From positions 10,608-74,607 of the forward strand of contig JBAZKK010000001.1 in NCBI GenBank assembly GCA_041650795.1: a stretch of DNA of 64,000 bases, given 5' to 3'. Numbering within the stretch: position 1 is the stretch's first letter; every line of letters starts with the position of its first letter. The notes under the pieces are model-generated. The model saw nothing but the letters and a program-made list of their open reading frames with translations, was not told the DNA's origin and did not search any database. The translations under genes and the position numbers were made by a program. Shown here piece after piece: positions 1-11,219 of the stretch. Source of the stretch: Candidatus Omnitrophota bacterium. Lineage in GTDB: Bacteria > Omnitrophota > Gorgyraeia > Gygaellales > Profunditerraquicolaceae.

Positions 1-1
1 A

Positions 2-1642
2 GATAGCGACCTGGAGCAGATTATCAGTAAGCGCTTTGAGGTTATTTTAGGCGTTAGCGAGGGCGCAGGAATATTTCTATCTGCCGCGGGCAAAAGCTTT
101 TCTTTGGCTGCCATGACCCAGAAAGCGAAAGAAGTGCTTTCGCGCAGCGATATCCCTAAGACCGGTCACGACCTTAAGGGGATTAAGGTAACCCTGCAAA
201 AGAAGGGGATAAGCCTTGCAGGGCTGTATTTTGACACTATGGTTGCAGCCTATCTTATTAACCCCGGCAGGGGATCCTATGGGTTGGAGGATCTGGCCTG
301 GGAATACCTGCCCCAAACTCCTTTAAACAGGGGCATCGATAGTGCCGGCGCCCTGAGGATAATCCTTGAGCTTGAGCCCCTCCTGGAAGCCGAGCTTAAG
401 AAGAGGTCGCTTTTTGAGCTTTTCCGCAGCATTGAGATGCCGTTGGTGGATGTGCTGGCGGGAATGGAGATGACGGGGATAAAATTGAATCCGAAGGTGT
501 TGGAGGACCTTTCCAAAGAGCTGGAGAGAAGGCTCATCCGTCTCATCCGGGACATCTATAAGCTAAGCGGCGCGGAATTCAATATTAATTCCCCAAAACA
601 ATTGCGGACCATCCTTTTTGAAAAGCTGAAGCTGCCGGTGGTCAAGAGGACCAAAACCGGGCCATCTACCGATGAGGAGGTATTAAAATCCCTGTCGTCT
701 TCGCATGAGCTTCCGGCGCTGCTTTTAGAATACCGCCAGCTTACCAAGCTAAAGAATACCTATGTCGATACCCTACCTGCCCTCGTTGATCCTAAAACCG
801 GCAGGCTTCATACCTCGTTTAATCAGACTGTTACCGAGACCGGCAGGTTAAGCAGCAGCAATCCTAACCTGCAGAATATACCGACCAGGACCGATATCGG
901 CAGCAGGATCAGGCAGGCGATTGTAGCCTTTGACTCCGAGAGCTATCTTTTGGCGTATGACTATTCCCAGATTGAGTTAAGGATACTGGCGCACATCTCG
1001 GGTGACGAAAACCTGATTTCCGAATTCAGGCAGGATAAGGACGTGCATCGCGCTACTGCTGCGCTCATACACGGCTTAAGCGAATCAGAGGTAGACGAGC
1101 GGATGCGCGATACCGCCAAGAGGGTTAATTTCGGCATCATCTATGGTTTGACTTCATACGGCCTCTCCCGCGACCTCGCCATATCGTTCGACGAAGCGCA
1201 GGATTTTATCGACGCGTATCTGGCAAGATACCCCCGCGTCAAGGACTATATGCAGGAGCAGATTTCCAGGGCCGAGGAGGATGGTTTTGTCACTACTATC
1301 AGCGGCAGGAGGAGGTATATCCCCGAGATAAATGATAAAAATCAGGCAGTGCGGCAGTTTGCCCAGCGTAAGGCCATCAATACGCCTATCCAGGGTTCGG
1401 CGAGCGATTTGATAAAGATGGCCATGGTTGCGATAGAGCGGATGATAAAAGAGAAAGGGTTGGCCAGCCGCATGATAATGCAGGTCCACGACGAACTGGT
1501 TTTTAACGTACCTCGCCGGGAGCTTGATGCGGCTGCGGGGGTAATCCGGGATATAATGGAGCATGTCATGACATTAAGGGTTCCGGTAAAGGTTACTGTT
1601 AAAAAAGGAAATAACTGGCTGGATATGGTGTCCGTCAACTAA
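2..1642 (+). CDS. polA: DNA polymerase I, C-terminal part (5' end upstream of window)
   Basis: Frame is open from nt 2, with no stop before the listed Met at 104. Family-A polymerase motifs are present: DYSQIELRILAH (A), RDTAKRVNFGIIYG (B), QVHDELVF (C). Confidence 0.93.
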   Translation, partial: DSDLEQIISKRFEVILGVSEGAGIFLSAAGKSFSLAAMTQKAKEVLSRSDIPKTGHDLKGIKVTLQKKGISLAGLYFDTMVAAYLINPGRGSYGLEDLAWEYLPQTPLNRGIDSAGALRIILELEPLLEAELKKRSLFELFRSIEMPLVDVLAGMEMTGIKLNPKVLEDLSKELERRLIRLIRDIYKLSGAEFNINSPKQLRTILFEKLKLPVVKRTKTGPSTDEEVLKSLSSSHELPALLLEYRQLTKLKNTYVDTLPALVDPKTGRLHTSFNQTVTETGRLSSSNPNLQNIPTRTDIGSRIRQAIVAFDSESYLLAYDYSQIELRILAHISGDENLISEFRQDKDVHRATAALIHGLSESEVDERMRDTAKRVNFGIIYGLTSYGLSRDLAISFDEAQDFIDAYLARYPRVKDYMQEQISRAEEDGFVTTISGRRRYIPEINDKNQAVRQFAQRKAINTPIQGSASDLIKMAMVAIERMIKEKGLASRMIMQVHDELVFNVPRRELDAAAGVIRDIMEHVMTLRVPVKVTVKKGNNWLDMVSVN

Positions 1643-1657
1643 GAGGAGGTTTGGAGA

Positions 1658-3034
1658 ATGAAAGTCGTGATATGTGCTTCAGAGGTGGTTCCTTTTGCCA
1701 AGACCGGCGGCCTGGCTGACGTAGCAGGCGCTCTTCCGATAGCGCTGGAGGATACCGGTCAGGAAGTCGTGATAGTTATGCCTAAGTACAAGATGATACA
1801 GGATTCCAAGTTTAATATCCAGAGACTGAAGGAGGGCGTTTCTTATGCTACCGTCGGCAAGGATATCAAGGTTTATTTTATCGAGAACAGTAAATATTTT
1901 GACCGGGACGGCCTTTACGGAGACAAAAAAGGAGACTATCCGGATAATCTCGACAGGTTTTCATATTACTCCAGGAGAACCCTGGAGTTGCTGAAGGAAT
2001 TGAATTTCCGTCCGGATGTTATCCACGTGCATGACTGGCAGGCATGCCTTATCCCGGTATACCTAAAGAACAGCTACCGGCAAGAGGAGTTCTATGAGGA
2101 TACCCGTGTGCTCCTGACTATCCACAACATCGGCTACCAGGGGCTTTTTCCCAAGGAGGAGTATCCTAGGCTTGGGCTGGACTGGGGTCTCTTCAATATG
2201 CAGATGCTGGAGTTCTACGATAAGATTAGCCTCTTAAAAGGCGGGATAGTGTTTTCGGATGCCATCAATACCGTCAGCCCCACCTATAGCAGGGAGATTC
2301 AAACAAAGGAGTTTGGTTTTGGCCTTGAGGGGATCCTCACCAAGCGCCGCAATGAGCTCTTTGGCGTATTAAACGGCCTGGATTACTTTATCTGGAACCC
2401 CGCAACCGACAAGTTTATCTCGCAGAATTATTCGGTGCGAACCGCCAAGGATAAAATTAAGAATAAGCAAGACCTGCAGAAGCTCTGCGGGCTGCCGATT
2501 GATGGTAAGGTGCCGCTTTTCGGCATCGTCTCAAGGCTGGCCGAACAGAAGGGGTTTGATATACTCTCGGAGGCAATTGATAAGATATGCAGGATGAAGC
2601 TCCAATTAGTAATACTGGGCACGGGAGATTTGAAATACCATGAGGTCCTCGAGGGTATCGTCAGGAAATACCCGGGTGTTATCTCCCTGCACCTTAAGTT
2701 TGACAATACCCTGGCGCATAAAATATACGCCGGCTCCGACATATTCCTGATGCCCTCCAAATACGAACCGTGCGGGCTGGGGCAGATGATCAGCTTAAGT
2801 TACGGCACCATACCACTGGTTTTTAAGACCGGCGGCCTGGCTGATACCGTAACTGACTCCAATGGTTTTGTCTTTGACCAGTACAGTCCTAGCGCGCTGG
2901 AGGAGACAGTCGATAAATCCATCAAGGCTTTCAGGGATAAAAAGAAATGGGACCTTTTGATAAAGAAGGCAATGCAGTGTAATTTTTCCTGGGAGGTTTC
3001 CGCCAGGGAGTACCTTAAGCTTTACGAGAGATAA
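1658..3034 (+). CDS. glgA: glycogen (starch) synthase
   Basis: 458 aa. N-terminal AKTGGLADVAGALP signature of GlgA. GGAGG RBS lies just upstream. Confidence 0.9.
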   Translation: MKVVICASEVVPFAKTGGLADVAGALPIALEDTGQEVVIVMPKYKMIQDSKFNIQRLKEGVSYATVGKDIKVYFIENSKYFDRDGLYGDKKGDYPDNLDRFSYYSRRTLELLKELNFRPDVIHVHDWQACLIPVYLKNSYRQEEFYEDTRVLLTIHNIGYQGLFPKEEYPRLGLDWGLFNMQMLEFYDKISLLKGGIVFSDAINTVSPTYSREIQTKEFGFGLEGILTKRRNELFGVLNGLDYFIWNPATDKFISQNYSVRTAKDKIKNKQDLQKLCGLPIDGKVPLFGIVSRLAEQKGFDILSEAIDKICRMKLQLVILGTGDLKYHEVLEGIVRKYPGVISLHLKFDNTLAHKIYAGSDIFLMPSKYEPCGLGQMISLSYGTIPLVFKTGGLADTVTDSNGFVFDQYSPSALEETVDKSIKAFRDKKKWDLLIKKAMQCNFSWEVSAREYLKLYER

Positions 3035-3046
3035 GTCTGTTAGGCA

Positions 3047-3640
3047 ATGGTTTTAGGTATAACCGGGGTCTTAGGCAGCGGCAAGAGCACTGTTGCCAGG
3101 ATATTCAAGTCGCTGGCCAGGGGTAGGGGTGAGCTTCTTGATGCTGATGCCATTGCCCGCCGCCTGATGACAAAAGGCAGTAGTGTTTACCGTCGTATAG
3201 TGGCTGCCTTTGGGGGGCGCATCATCGGAAAGAACGGCGCGATTGAACGTCCTAAATTAGCAGCCCTGGTTTTTGATAATCCTCTGTTGCTGCGCCGGCT
3301 GAACCGGATAATACATCCCGAGGTCATAGGCGTTATGAAAAACCAGATAAAATCCAGCCGCGCCAAACTTCTCATCCTGGATGTGCCGCTTCTGTTGGAG
3401 GCAGGCATGGAGGATATGGTAGACAAGATTATCGTAGTAAAGATTAAGCGCCGGGAGCAGATCCGGAGATTGGCAGGCGCCAGAGGATTCAACAGGAAAG
3501 AGATACTGGAGAGGATGAATTCTCAGATGCCGCAGGGCGAGAAGATCCGCCTGGCGGACTTTGTAATAGATAACAGCAATAAAATAGAAGAAACAAGAAC
3601 TCAGGCAGTAAAAATATGGAGGTCTTTGTGGAAAAATTAG
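3047..3640 (+). CDS. coaE: dephospho-CoA kinase
   Basis: 197 aa. N-terminal P-loop [12 protein letters not shown] and CoaE-like length and layout. Confidence 0.85.
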   Translation: MVLGITGVLGSGKSTVARIFKSLARGRGELLDADAIARRLMTKGSSVYRRIVAAFGGRIIGKNGAIERPKLAALVFDNPLLLRRLNRIIHPEVIGVMKNQIKSSRAKLLILDVPLLLEAGMEDMVDKIIVVKIKRREQIRRLAGARGFNRKEILERMNSQMPQGEKIRLADFVIDNSNKIEETRTQAVKIWRSLWKN

Positions 3641-4884
3641 ATATCAGTAAGCTCAAAGAAATGAAGATTAACGAACTCAATAAACTATCCAAGGAGCTTA
3701 GCGTTAACGGATTAAGCGGCCTTAGGAAACAGGACCTGATTTTTAAGATCCTGCAGGCCCAGGCGGAAAAAGAGGGGTTGATGTTCGGGGAAGGGGTCCT
3801 GGAGATACTGCCGGAGGGGTTCGGTTTTCTGCGTTCTCCCAATTACAATTACCTTCCGTGCCCCGACGATATCTACGTTTCTCCTTCGCAGATACGGAAG
3901 TTCGACCTGAAGACCGGCGATACCGTAAGCGGGGAGATCCGTCCTCCCAAGGAAGGGGAGAAATACTTTGCCCTCCTGAAGGTAGAGGCAGTCAACCACG
4001 AGCATCCGGAAGACGCGAAAGAAAAGGTGCTTTTTGACAACCTTACCCCGGTTTATCCCCACGAGCACTTTATACTTGAAACCGTTCCCACAGAGATCTC
4101 GATGCGCATCATGGATCTTCTGGCTCCTATCGGCAAGGGGCAGCGCGGCCTTATCGTGGCGCAGCCCTACAGCGGCAAGACCGTGTTATTGCAGAAGATT
4201 GCCAACGCCATCATGTCAAACCAGCCGGAGGTGATATTGATCGTCCTTCTTATCGACGAGAGGCCGGAAGAGGTCACCGATATGCAGCGTCACGTCAAGG
4301 GAGAGGTTATCTCTTCGACCTTTGACGAGCCGCCGGAGAGGCACGTGCAGGTGGCGGAGATTGTTTTGGAGAAAGCCAAGAGGCTGGTGGAGCATAAGAA
4401 GGACGTGGTGATACTGCTGGACAGCATTACGCGCCTGGCGCGCGCCTACAACTCGGTGGTGCCGCACAGCGGCAAGGTGCTTTCCGGAGGCATCGATTCC
4501 AACGCCTTGCAAAAGCCCAAGAGGTTCTTCGGAGCAGCCCGTGCCATAGAAGAAGGCGGCAGCCTTACTATTATTGCCACTGCCCTGGTTGATACCGGCA
4601 GCAGGATGGACGAGGTTATCTTTGAGGAATTCAAGGGGACCGGCAATATGGAGATACAGCTTGACCGTAACCTCTTCCAGCGCAGGATATACCCTGCCAT
4701 TGACATCAAGCGCTCCAATACCCGCCACGAGGAATTGCTCCTTAAGCCGGAGATACTGCAAAAGGCCTGGATACTCAGAAAGGTTTTGAACGAGCTTAAT
4801 AACGTGGAGGCGATGGAGCTTTTGATCGAGAAGTTGGCAAAGACCAAGAACAACACCGAGTTTTTAAACAGTATGAACCAGTAA
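3616..4884 (+). CDS. rho: transcription termination factor Rho
   Basis: 422 aa. Has a Rho N-terminal helical motif, Walker A (AQPYSGKT) and [13 protein letters not shown]. Confidence 0.95.
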   Translation: MEVFVEKLDISKLKEMKINELNKLSKELSVNGLSGLRKQDLIFKILQAQAEKEGLMFGEGVLEILPEGFGFLRSPNYNYLPCPDDIYVSPSQIRKFDLKTGDTVSGEIRPPKEGEKYFALLKVEAVNHEHPEDAKEKVLFDNLTPVYPHEHFILETVPTEISMRIMDLLAPIGKGQRGLIVAQPYSGKTVLLQKIANAIMSNQPEVILIVLLIDERPEEVTDMQRHVKGEVISSTFDEPPERHVQVAEIVLEKAKRLVEHKKDVVILLDSITRLARAYNSVVPHSGKVLSGGIDSNALQKPKRFFGAARAIEEGGSLTIIATALVDTGSRMDEVIFEEFKGTGNMEIQLDRNLFQRRIYPAIDIKRSNTRHEELLLKPEILQKAWILRKVLNELNNVEAMELLIEKLAKTKNNTEFLNSMNQ

Positions 4885-4902
4885 GTGATACAGGAGGCAA
4901 AC

Positions 4903-5109
4903 ATGAAAGATAATATTCACCCCAAGTATCAGGACTGCGTAATTGTGTGCGCCTGCGGCAATACTATCCATACCCGTTCCACCAAGCCGAATATCCGGGT
5001 AGACGTGTGCTCGAGCTGTCACCCCTTCTTTACCGGCAAGCAGAAATTCGTGGATTCCGCCGGCAGGGTCGATAAGTTTATGAAGAAATACGGCAAGAAA
5101 CAGGGCTAA
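4903..5109 (+). CDS. rpmE: 50S ribosomal protein L31
   Basis: [10 protein letters not shown]-terminus and a Cys-pair zinc-type L31. AGGAGG lies 5 nt upstream of ATG 4903, so I prefer this start over the ORF-track GTG at 4885. Confidence 0.9.
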   Translation: MKDNIHPKYQDCVIVCACGNTIHTRSTKPNIRVDVCSSCHPFFTGKQKFVDSAGRVDKFMKKYGKKQG

Positions 5110-5121
5110 AGCCGCCAGGGC

Positions 5122-6192
5122 ATGATTAAACAGTTAGAGAAGCTGGAGAGCCGCTACCGGGAACTGGAGAACCTCCTGGCTTCGCCCGAGGTCATCTCGA
5201 ATAAGGAAGAGTATAACCGTTACGCCAAGGAGCTTTCGGATATGCGGGATGCGGTTTATCTTTTCCGGGAATACCTCCGTGTTTCACAGGAGATGGAGGG
5301 GCTCCAGCAGCTGATTAAAGGAAAAGCAGAGCAGGAGTTCTTGGAATTGGCCAGGACGGAACTCGCGGATTTGTCCGTTAAGAAGTCCAATCTTGAAGAG
5401 AAACTCAAGGAATGTATTGCCGCTGACGACGACGACCTCGGCAAGGACGTTATCGTAGAGATACGCCAGGGTACCGGAGGCATGGAGGCGGGGTTGTTTG
5501 CGGCAGACCTTTACCGGATGTACGCCAAGTACGCTGCGAGGAAAAACTGGATAGCGGAGGAGATGTCGGCTCATCCTACCGAGTTAGGAGGATTCAAGGA
5601 AATCATCTTCAGCGTCAAAGGCAGGGACGCCTACAAGCGCCTTAAATTTGAAAGCGGGGTGCACCGCGTGCAGCGCGTTCCAGAGACCGAGGCCCAGGGG
5701 AGGATCCATACCTCCACCATCACCGTGGCGGTGCTGGCCGAGCCCGAGGAGGTGGATATAAATATAGAACCCAAGGACCTCAAGATCGATACCTACCGTT
5801 CGTCCGGGCCAGGCGGTCAGCATATGCAGAAGACCGATTCCGCAGTCAGGATTACGCATATCCCGAGCGGAATGGTGGTGGCCTGCCAGGATGAGCGCTC
5901 GCAGCTCAAAAATAAAAATAAGGCGATGAGGATATTGCGCGCCCGGATCCTCGACATGAAGCAACAGGAGGAATTAAAGAAAATTTCATCGGACAGGAAA
6001 GCGCAGATCGGATCCGGGGATAGGAGCGAGAAAATACGCACCTATAATTTTCCCGATAGGCGCATTACCGACCACCGCATTAATTTTACGACATACAGGC
6101 TTGAGGAGGTATTAAACGGAGACCTCGATGAGATCTCGGATGCGTTGTTAAAAGCCGCCAGCGATAAAGAGAAGGGCATTGGAGATGAATGA
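5122..6192 (+). CDS. prfA: peptide chain release factor 1
   Basis: GGQ motif ([11 protein letters not shown]) and an RF1-type PxT tripeptide (PET). Followed by prmC, as in most bacteria. Confidence 0.93.
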   Translation: MIKQLEKLESRYRELENLLASPEVISNKEEYNRYAKELSDMRDAVYLFREYLRVSQEMEGLQQLIKGKAEQEFLELARTELADLSVKKSNLEEKLKECIAADDDDLGKDVIVEIRQGTGGMEAGLFAADLYRMYAKYAARKNWIAEEMSAHPTELGGFKEIIFSVKGRDAYKRLKFESGVHRVQRVPETEAQGRIHTSTITVAVLAEPEEVDINIEPKDLKIDTYRSSGPGGQHMQKTDSAVRITHIPSGMVVACQDERSQLKNKNKAMRILRARILDMKQQEELKKISSDRKAQIGSGDRSEKIRTYNFPDRRITDHRINFTTYRLEEVLNGDLDEISDALLKAASDKEKGIGDE

Positions 6193-6973
6193 AGCGGAAT
6201 TATTATTCTCGCAGGTATTGGGGGTCAGCCACACGCAGATGTATTTAAGAAGGCGTCAGCCGCTTGCTCCTGATGCCTCCTTGCGGATCGCCGCAGCCTT
6301 AAGAAGAAGGATCGCAGGGGAACCCCTGCATTATATCTTGGGGAACATCGAGTTTATGGGGCTGGATTTTAAGGTTGGGCCCAGCGTATTGATACCGCGC
6401 CAGGAGACCGAGCTTCTGGTGGAAGAGGCGCTTGCGCTCATCAGGCGCATCAATCGTTTTGGCATAAGGGTTCTAGACCTTGGCACCGGCTCAGGGTGTA
6501 TCGCGGTGTCAGTGGCTAAACTTGCGGCCGGGGTTCAGATAGACGCTATTGATATTTCAGACAAGGCACTTGAGGTAGCGCGCCTTAATGCCCTGCGGCA
6601 CAAGGTAGCGGTTAACTTCATAGAGAGTGATTTATTCGAATCCTGCTCTTCCGGAGCAGGCAGTTATGATATCATTCTTAGCAATCCTCCCTATGTTAGG
6701 GCTTCCGAGATTGATGGGTTGCCTTCTGAAGTGAAGCGAGAACCCCGCCTGGCATTGGAGGCCGGTATGGATGGCTTGTTTTTTTACCGGCGCATTGCCC
6801 GAGAATCAAGGCCTTATCTTAGAGAAGGCGGTTATTTAGGATTGGAGATGGGGTTTGGGCAACGTACGGAGGTAGAGGCCATATTTGAGGAAGCCGGTTT
6901 CAGGGGCGTAAAATTCATACGCGATTATCATGGCATAGGCAGGGTGATTATATTACAAAGGAAGGCAGGATAA
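6179..6973 (+). CDS. prmC: release factor glutamine N5-methyltransferase
   Basis: NPPY motif (ILSNPPYV) and SAM-binding [12 protein letters not shown]. The start is either TTG 6179 or ATG 6185; both overlap the prfA stop. Confidence 0.88.
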   Translation: MEMNEAELLFSQVLGVSHTQMYLRRRQPLAPDASLRIAAALRRRIAGEPLHYILGNIEFMGLDFKVGPSVLIPRQETELLVEEALALIRRINRFGIRVLDLGTGSGCIAVSVAKLAAGVQIDAIDISDKALEVARLNALRHKVAVNFIESDLFESCSSGAGSYDIILSNPPYVRASEIDGLPSEVKREPRLALEAGMDGLFFYRRIARESRPYLREGGYLGLEMGFGQRTEVEAIFEEAGFRGVKFIRDYHGIGRVIILQRKAG

Positions 6974-8235
6974 TGGACAGGCTGGTGGTTGAAGGGGGGG
7001 TAAGGCTAAAGGGCGCGGTCAGAATATCCGGTTCTAAGAATGCGGCGCTTCCGATACTGGCGGCAACCTTGCTTACTGAGGAACCGTGTATTATTAGAGG
7101 GGTACCCGATCTCTGCGATGTTATGACAATGCTCAAAATCCTTAAGTCCCTGGGGAAAAACACGGAATTCCATAACGGCACGGTAAGAGTTACGCAGGCA
7201 AGGCAGGCGAGCCTTGTGGCCGATTACAGGCTGGTTTCTACCATGCGCGCCTCATTCTGCGTATTAGGGCCGTTACTTGCCAGATTCAGGAAGGCCAAGG
7301 TTTCCTTGCCCGGCGGTTGCGTTATAGGCGTGCGGCCGGTGGACCTGCATCTTAAGGGTTTGAGGGCGCTGGGAGCGGATATCAGTATCGAGTCGGGGTA
7401 TGTGGTTGCTGCGGCAGGTCGCCTGCGCGGCAGCAATATGTATTTAGGGGGGATTTTCGGCTCCTCGGTTTTAGGCACCGATAATGTGATGATGGCGGCT
7501 ACCCTTGCCGGCGGCAAGACCGTTATCGAAAATGCCGCTTGTGAGCCGGAGGTTTCTGACCTGGCGGATTTTCTTGTTAAGATGGGTGCTCAGATACGGG
7601 GACAGGGCACCCCTACCATCGAGATACAGGGGGTGAAGAATTTAAGAGGCACAGAATATACCGTCATCCCGGATAGGATAGAGGCGGCTACATTTATGAC
7701 GGCAGCCCTTATTACGGGAGGGGATATTTTAATCAAGAACGCCTGCATTTACCATCTCGGTGCGGTGATTGATAAATTGACGGAAAGCGGCGCAGCCATT
7801 ACCAGGACTGACGGGGCGCTTCGGGTGCGGCCGCGGAGGCGCTTGTGCCCGGTTAACGTTACTACCCTGCCTTACCCCGGTTTTCCTACGGATATGCAGG
7901 CACAGATTATGAGTTTGATGGCGGTGACGCCCGGCATCAGCGTGATTACCGAGAAGATTTATCCGGACCGTTTCATGCATGTGGCGGAGCTTAACCGTAT
8001 GGGCGCGCACATACAGCGCGAAGGCCCCCACGCTATTGTCGAGGGGGTAAGGACGTTGTCCGGAGCTCCGGTGATGGCTTCGGACCTAAGGGCTTCAGCC
8101 TCGCTCTTATTGGCGGGGTTGATTGCCAAAGGCAAAACCATAATCTCTAGGATTTACCACCTTGACCGAGGATACGAGGATATCGAACGCAAGATGAGCG
8201 CATTGGGGGCGCGGATAAAGAGAGAGAAGGAGTAG
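6973..8235 (+). CDS. murA: UDP-N-acetylglucosamine 1-carboxyvinyltransferase
   Basis: 420 aa. GSKNAALPILAA motif and active-site Cys loop PGGCVIGVRPVDLH. Confidence 0.95.
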   Translation: MDRLVVEGGVRLKGAVRISGSKNAALPILAATLLTEEPCIIRGVPDLCDVMTMLKILKSLGKNTEFHNGTVRVTQARQASLVADYRLVSTMRASFCVLGPLLARFRKAKVSLPGGCVIGVRPVDLHLKGLRALGADISIESGYVVAAAGRLRGSNMYLGGIFGSSVLGTDNVMMAATLAGGKTVIENAACEPEVSDLADFLVKMGAQIRGQGTPTIEIQGVKNLRGTEYTVIPDRIEAATFMTAALITGGDILIKNACIYHLGAVIDKLTESGAAITRTDGALRVRPRRRLCPVNVTTLPYPGFPTDMQAQIMSLMAVTPGISVITEKIYPDRFMHVAELNRMGAHIQREGPHAIVEGVRTLSGAPVMASDLRASASLLLAGLIAKGKTIISRIYHLDRGYEDIERKMSALGARIKREKE

Positions 8236-8239
8236 GCTT

Positions 8240-8806
8240 ATGATACTGATGATTGATAACTACGACTCCTTTACCTATAACCTGGTGCAGTACCTGGCAA
8301 TGCTCGGAGAGAAAGTGGAGGTTTTTCGCAATGATAAAATCAGCATTGACAGGATAAAAAGATTATCCCCGGCAAGGATTGTTATTTCACCGGGGCCTGG
8401 TAGGCCGGAAGATGCCGGTATCTCATGCGACCTGATAAGGGAGTTCCAAAAAACCATTCCTATCCTTGGGGTCTGTCTCGGCCACCAGTGCATCGGTCAG
8501 GTTTACGGAGGACGCATTATCCCTGCAAAGAGACTAATGCATGGGAAGGCCTCGCGCATTTATCATAACGGCAGGGGCATCTTCCGCAGCATCGAGAACC
8601 CCTTCCTTGCCACGCGTTACCATTCCCTGGCAATAGAAAGAAAGAGCCTCCCGGGGTGCCTGGAGGTTACTGCTTGGACCAAGGAGGACTCCGAGATTAT
8701 GGGCGTAAAACACAGGCAACACTCTCTTTGGGGAGTGCAGTTTCATCCAGAGTCCATCCTGACCAAGTCCGGGTTTGAAATATTAAGGAATTTCCTAACG
8801 CTATGA
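8240..8806 (+). CDS. trpG: anthranilate synthase component II / aminodeoxychorismate synthase glutamine amidotransferase
   Basis: Class-I GATase triad context (GVCLGHQ, FHPES). Heads the trpDCFBA genes. Confidence 0.85.
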   Translation: MILMIDNYDSFTYNLVQYLAMLGEKVEVFRNDKISIDRIKRLSPARIVISPGPGRPEDAGISCDLIREFQKTIPILGVCLGHQCIGQVYGGRIIPAKRLMHGKASRIYHNGRGIFRSIENPFLATRYHSLAIERKSLPGCLEVTAWTKEDSEIMGVKHRQHSLWGVQFHPESILTKSGFEILRNFLTL

Positions 8807-9813
8807 TACAAAACGCTATAAGGATCCTGGCAGAGAAGAATGACCTCAGCGCCTCCCAGATGCAGGAGGTAATGCAGGAGATATTGACTGGCGCGACTGA
8901 TACCGCAGATATCGTCTCTTTTCTTACCTCGCTCAATGATAAAGGCGAGACAGTGGAAGAGCTTACCGCCGCGGTCACCGTGATGCTTAAATACGTTGAG
9001 CCGATTGTAGTGGATAGGACTAATATACTGGATACCTGCGGCACCGGAGGAGACAGGAAAGGGACATTCAACATCTCTACTGTTTCTGCTTTTGTCGCCA
9101 GCGGCGCAGGCGTTACGGTAGCCAAGCACGGCAATCGTTCCGTCTCGAGCAGATCCGGCAGCGCAGACATACTGGAATCCCTTGGCGTAAAAATAGATAT
9201 GGGGAGGGGTTTGATTAAAAAATGCCTGGAAGAGATAGGGATAGCTTTTTTGTTTGCCCCTAATTTGCATCCGGCCATGAAGCACGTGATGCCGGCACGC
9301 AGAAAGATTGCCGGCAAGACCATGTTCAATATCCTGGGGCCGCTGATAAACCCTGCCCGCGCTACCAATCAACTCATCGGGGTTTACAGCCCTCAGTGGG
9401 CCCCTATCCTTGTCCGGGTGCTGCACAATCTGGGGACGCGGCATGTGCTGGTGGTGCACGGTAATGACGGACTGGATGAGGTAACCACTACGGATAAGAC
9501 CTTTGTTTCCGAGGCGAACGCCGGGGTATTCCAAGATTTCGAGACGGCTCCGGAGGATTTCGGGTTTAAGAGGGCTAATCCGAATGACCTGCTTGCAGCA
9601 GATGCCGCTTCCAGTGCAAGGATGGCGATGGATGTCTTAAGCGGCAAAAAGGGTCCGCAGCGCGACATTGTTTTGTTCAATTCCGGATGCGCTATCTATG
9701 CCGCTGACCGGGCCGCTTCCATCCAGGAAGGGATAGGGTTGGCGACGGATTCGTTGGATTCCGGCCGGGCCATGGAGAAATTAACATTATTAAGGGAGTA
9801 TTCCAGGCGATGA
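8803..9813 (+). CDS. trpD: anthranilate phosphoribosyltransferase
   Basis: DTCGTGGDRKGTFNIST and KHGNRSVSS motifs. 4-nt overlap with trpG. Confidence 0.93.
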   Translation: MIQNAIRILAEKNDLSASQMQEVMQEILTGATDTADIVSFLTSLNDKGETVEELTAAVTVMLKYVEPIVVDRTNILDTCGTGGDRKGTFNISTVSAFVASGAGVTVAKHGNRSVSSRSGSADILESLGVKIDMGRGLIKKCLEEIGIAFLFAPNLHPAMKHVMPARRKIAGKTMFNILGPLINPARATNQLIGVYSPQWAPILVRVLHNLGTRHVLVVHGNDGLDEVTTTDKTFVSEANAGVFQDFETAPEDFGFKRANPNDLLAADAASSARMAMDVLSGKKGPQRDIVLFNSGCAIYAADRAASIQEGIGLATDSLDSGRAMEKLTLLREYSRR

Positions 9814-10601
9814 AGAAGAGCGACTTTCTGAAAGAGGTTATAGCCAGGAAGAAAGAAAAGACAGCTTTAAGTAAACAACAGTTTCCCGAGGAGGTCTTGA
9901 AGGAGCGCGTCAAGTCCCTGGCCCCTGCCAGGGATTTTGTCGGGGCAATTCAGAAGCCCCGCCAGATTTCCTTGATTGCCGAGATAAAGAAGGCATCGCC
10001 TTCCCGCGGGATAATCCGGCAGGATTTTAAGGTGCAGGACATCGCCCGCACCTATCAGGAGGCAGGGGTGCAGGCAATTGCGGTTCTGACCGAGGAGGAT
10101 TATTTTCAGGGCAACATATCTTACCTTAACGAGGTCCGTGGCATTACCGACCTGCCGCTGTTGCGCAAGGATTTTATCCTGGAGCCTTACCAGATTTACG
10201 AGTCGCGCTTCTTCGGAGCCGATGCCGTGCTCTTGATATCCGAGGTCCTCACCCAGGAGAGTATCTTGGAGATGAGTCAGCTCGCAGCCGAACTTGGTCT
10301 GGTTTCGCTGGTTGAGGTGCATAGCGAAAAGGAATTGAAGAAGGTGCTTAAGCTTAAGAATGTCGGGCTTATCGGCATCAATAACCGCGACCTGCATACC
10401 CTGGAGGTTGATTCCAGCACGACCCAGAAGCTGTTTACGCTTATCCCCAAAGACAAGGTAGTAGTGGTAGAGAGCGGTCTCAAGAGCCGCCAGGACGTCA
10501 TGTTCCTTAAGATACTGGGAGTGAGCGCGGTTTTAATAGGAGAGGCCTTTATGGCTGCCCCAGATATACGGCGTGAGATTGAAGAAATAATGGGATGGTA
10601 A
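9810..10601 (+). CDS. trpC: indole-3-glycerol phosphate synthase
   Basis: 263 aa. LIAEIKKASPSRG motif and operon position. Confidence 0.92.
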   Translation: MKKSDFLKEVIARKKEKTALSKQQFPEEVLKERVKSLAPARDFVGAIQKPRQISLIAEIKKASPSRGIIRQDFKVQDIARTYQEAGVQAIAVLTEEDYFQGNISYLNEVRGITDLPLLRKDFILEPYQIYESRFFGADAVLLISEVLTQESILEMSQLAAELGLVSLVEVHSEKELKKVLKLKNVGLIGINNRDLHTLEVDSSTTQKLFTLIPKDKVVVVESGLKSRQDVMFLKILGVSAVLIGEAFMAAPDIRREIEEIMGW

Positions 10602-11209
10602 AGGTAAAGATATGCGGTATCACGAATCTTGAGGATGCCCTGGCTGCGGTGATTTGCGGTTGTGATGCCCTGGGTTTTGTATTTTACCGCGAGAGCACGC
10701 GCTACATTACGCCGTCACGGGCCGCAGGTATTATCGGGCTCTTGCCTAAAAAAGTGCTGAAGGTCGGAGTATTCGTAGATGCCCCGGCTGCACGCATAAA
10801 AGATATTGCCAACAGATGCGGGCTTGATATGCTTCAGTTCCACGGTAGAGAGACGCCAGCATTCTGTAAAAAATTCAAGAATTGGCGCGTTATCAAGGCC
10901 TTCCGCGTAAAAGACAGGATAAGCCAGCGAGAGGTCTTAAGATACGATACCTTTGCTTATCTTTTTGACGCCTATTCGAAATCAGCAGCCGGAGGCACCG
11001 GCAGGACTTTTGACTGGCGACTGCTGGGGGAGTTGCGTTCGTTAAAAAGACCAATATTCCTTTCAGGCGGAATTAGCTCCGGGAATGTGCGCCGGGCAAT
11101 CAGGATAGCGCGGCCGGAGTGGATCGATGCCTCCAGTTTACTTGAAGCTGGTCCCGGCAGGAAAGACCACCGCAAGGTTTGCGGATTGATTAGAATAGTA
11201 AAATCATAA
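10595..11209 (+). CDS. trpF: phosphoribosylanthranilate isomerase
   Basis: 204 aa. KICGIT N-terminus typical of TrpF, plus operon position. Confidence 0.88.
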   Translation: MVKVKICGITNLEDALAAVICGCDALGFVFYRESTRYITPSRAAGIIGLLPKKVLKVGVFVDAPAARIKDIANRCGLDMLQFHGRETPAFCKKFKNWRVIKAFRVKDRISQREVLRYDTFAYLFDAYSKSAAGGTGRTFDWRLLGELRSLKRPIFLSGGISSGNVRRAIRIARPEWIDASSLLEAGPGRKDHRKVCGLIRIVKS

Positions 11210-11219
11210 GGAGCTTACG

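Noticed and set aside
5122-6192. Programmed frameshift of the release factor gene
   Set aside because: The gene encodes RF1 (PxT motif, intact single ORF). The +1 frameshift is a feature of prfB (RF2), which is not present here.
8697-9534. Long - strand ORFs (223 and 263 aa) antisense to trpD
   Set aside because: They fully overlap a + strand gene with unmistakable TrpD motifs. Their translations are low-complexity (Pro/Arg/Ser/Gly-rich) with no recognisable motif. These are typical shadow ORFs in GC-rich coding DNA.
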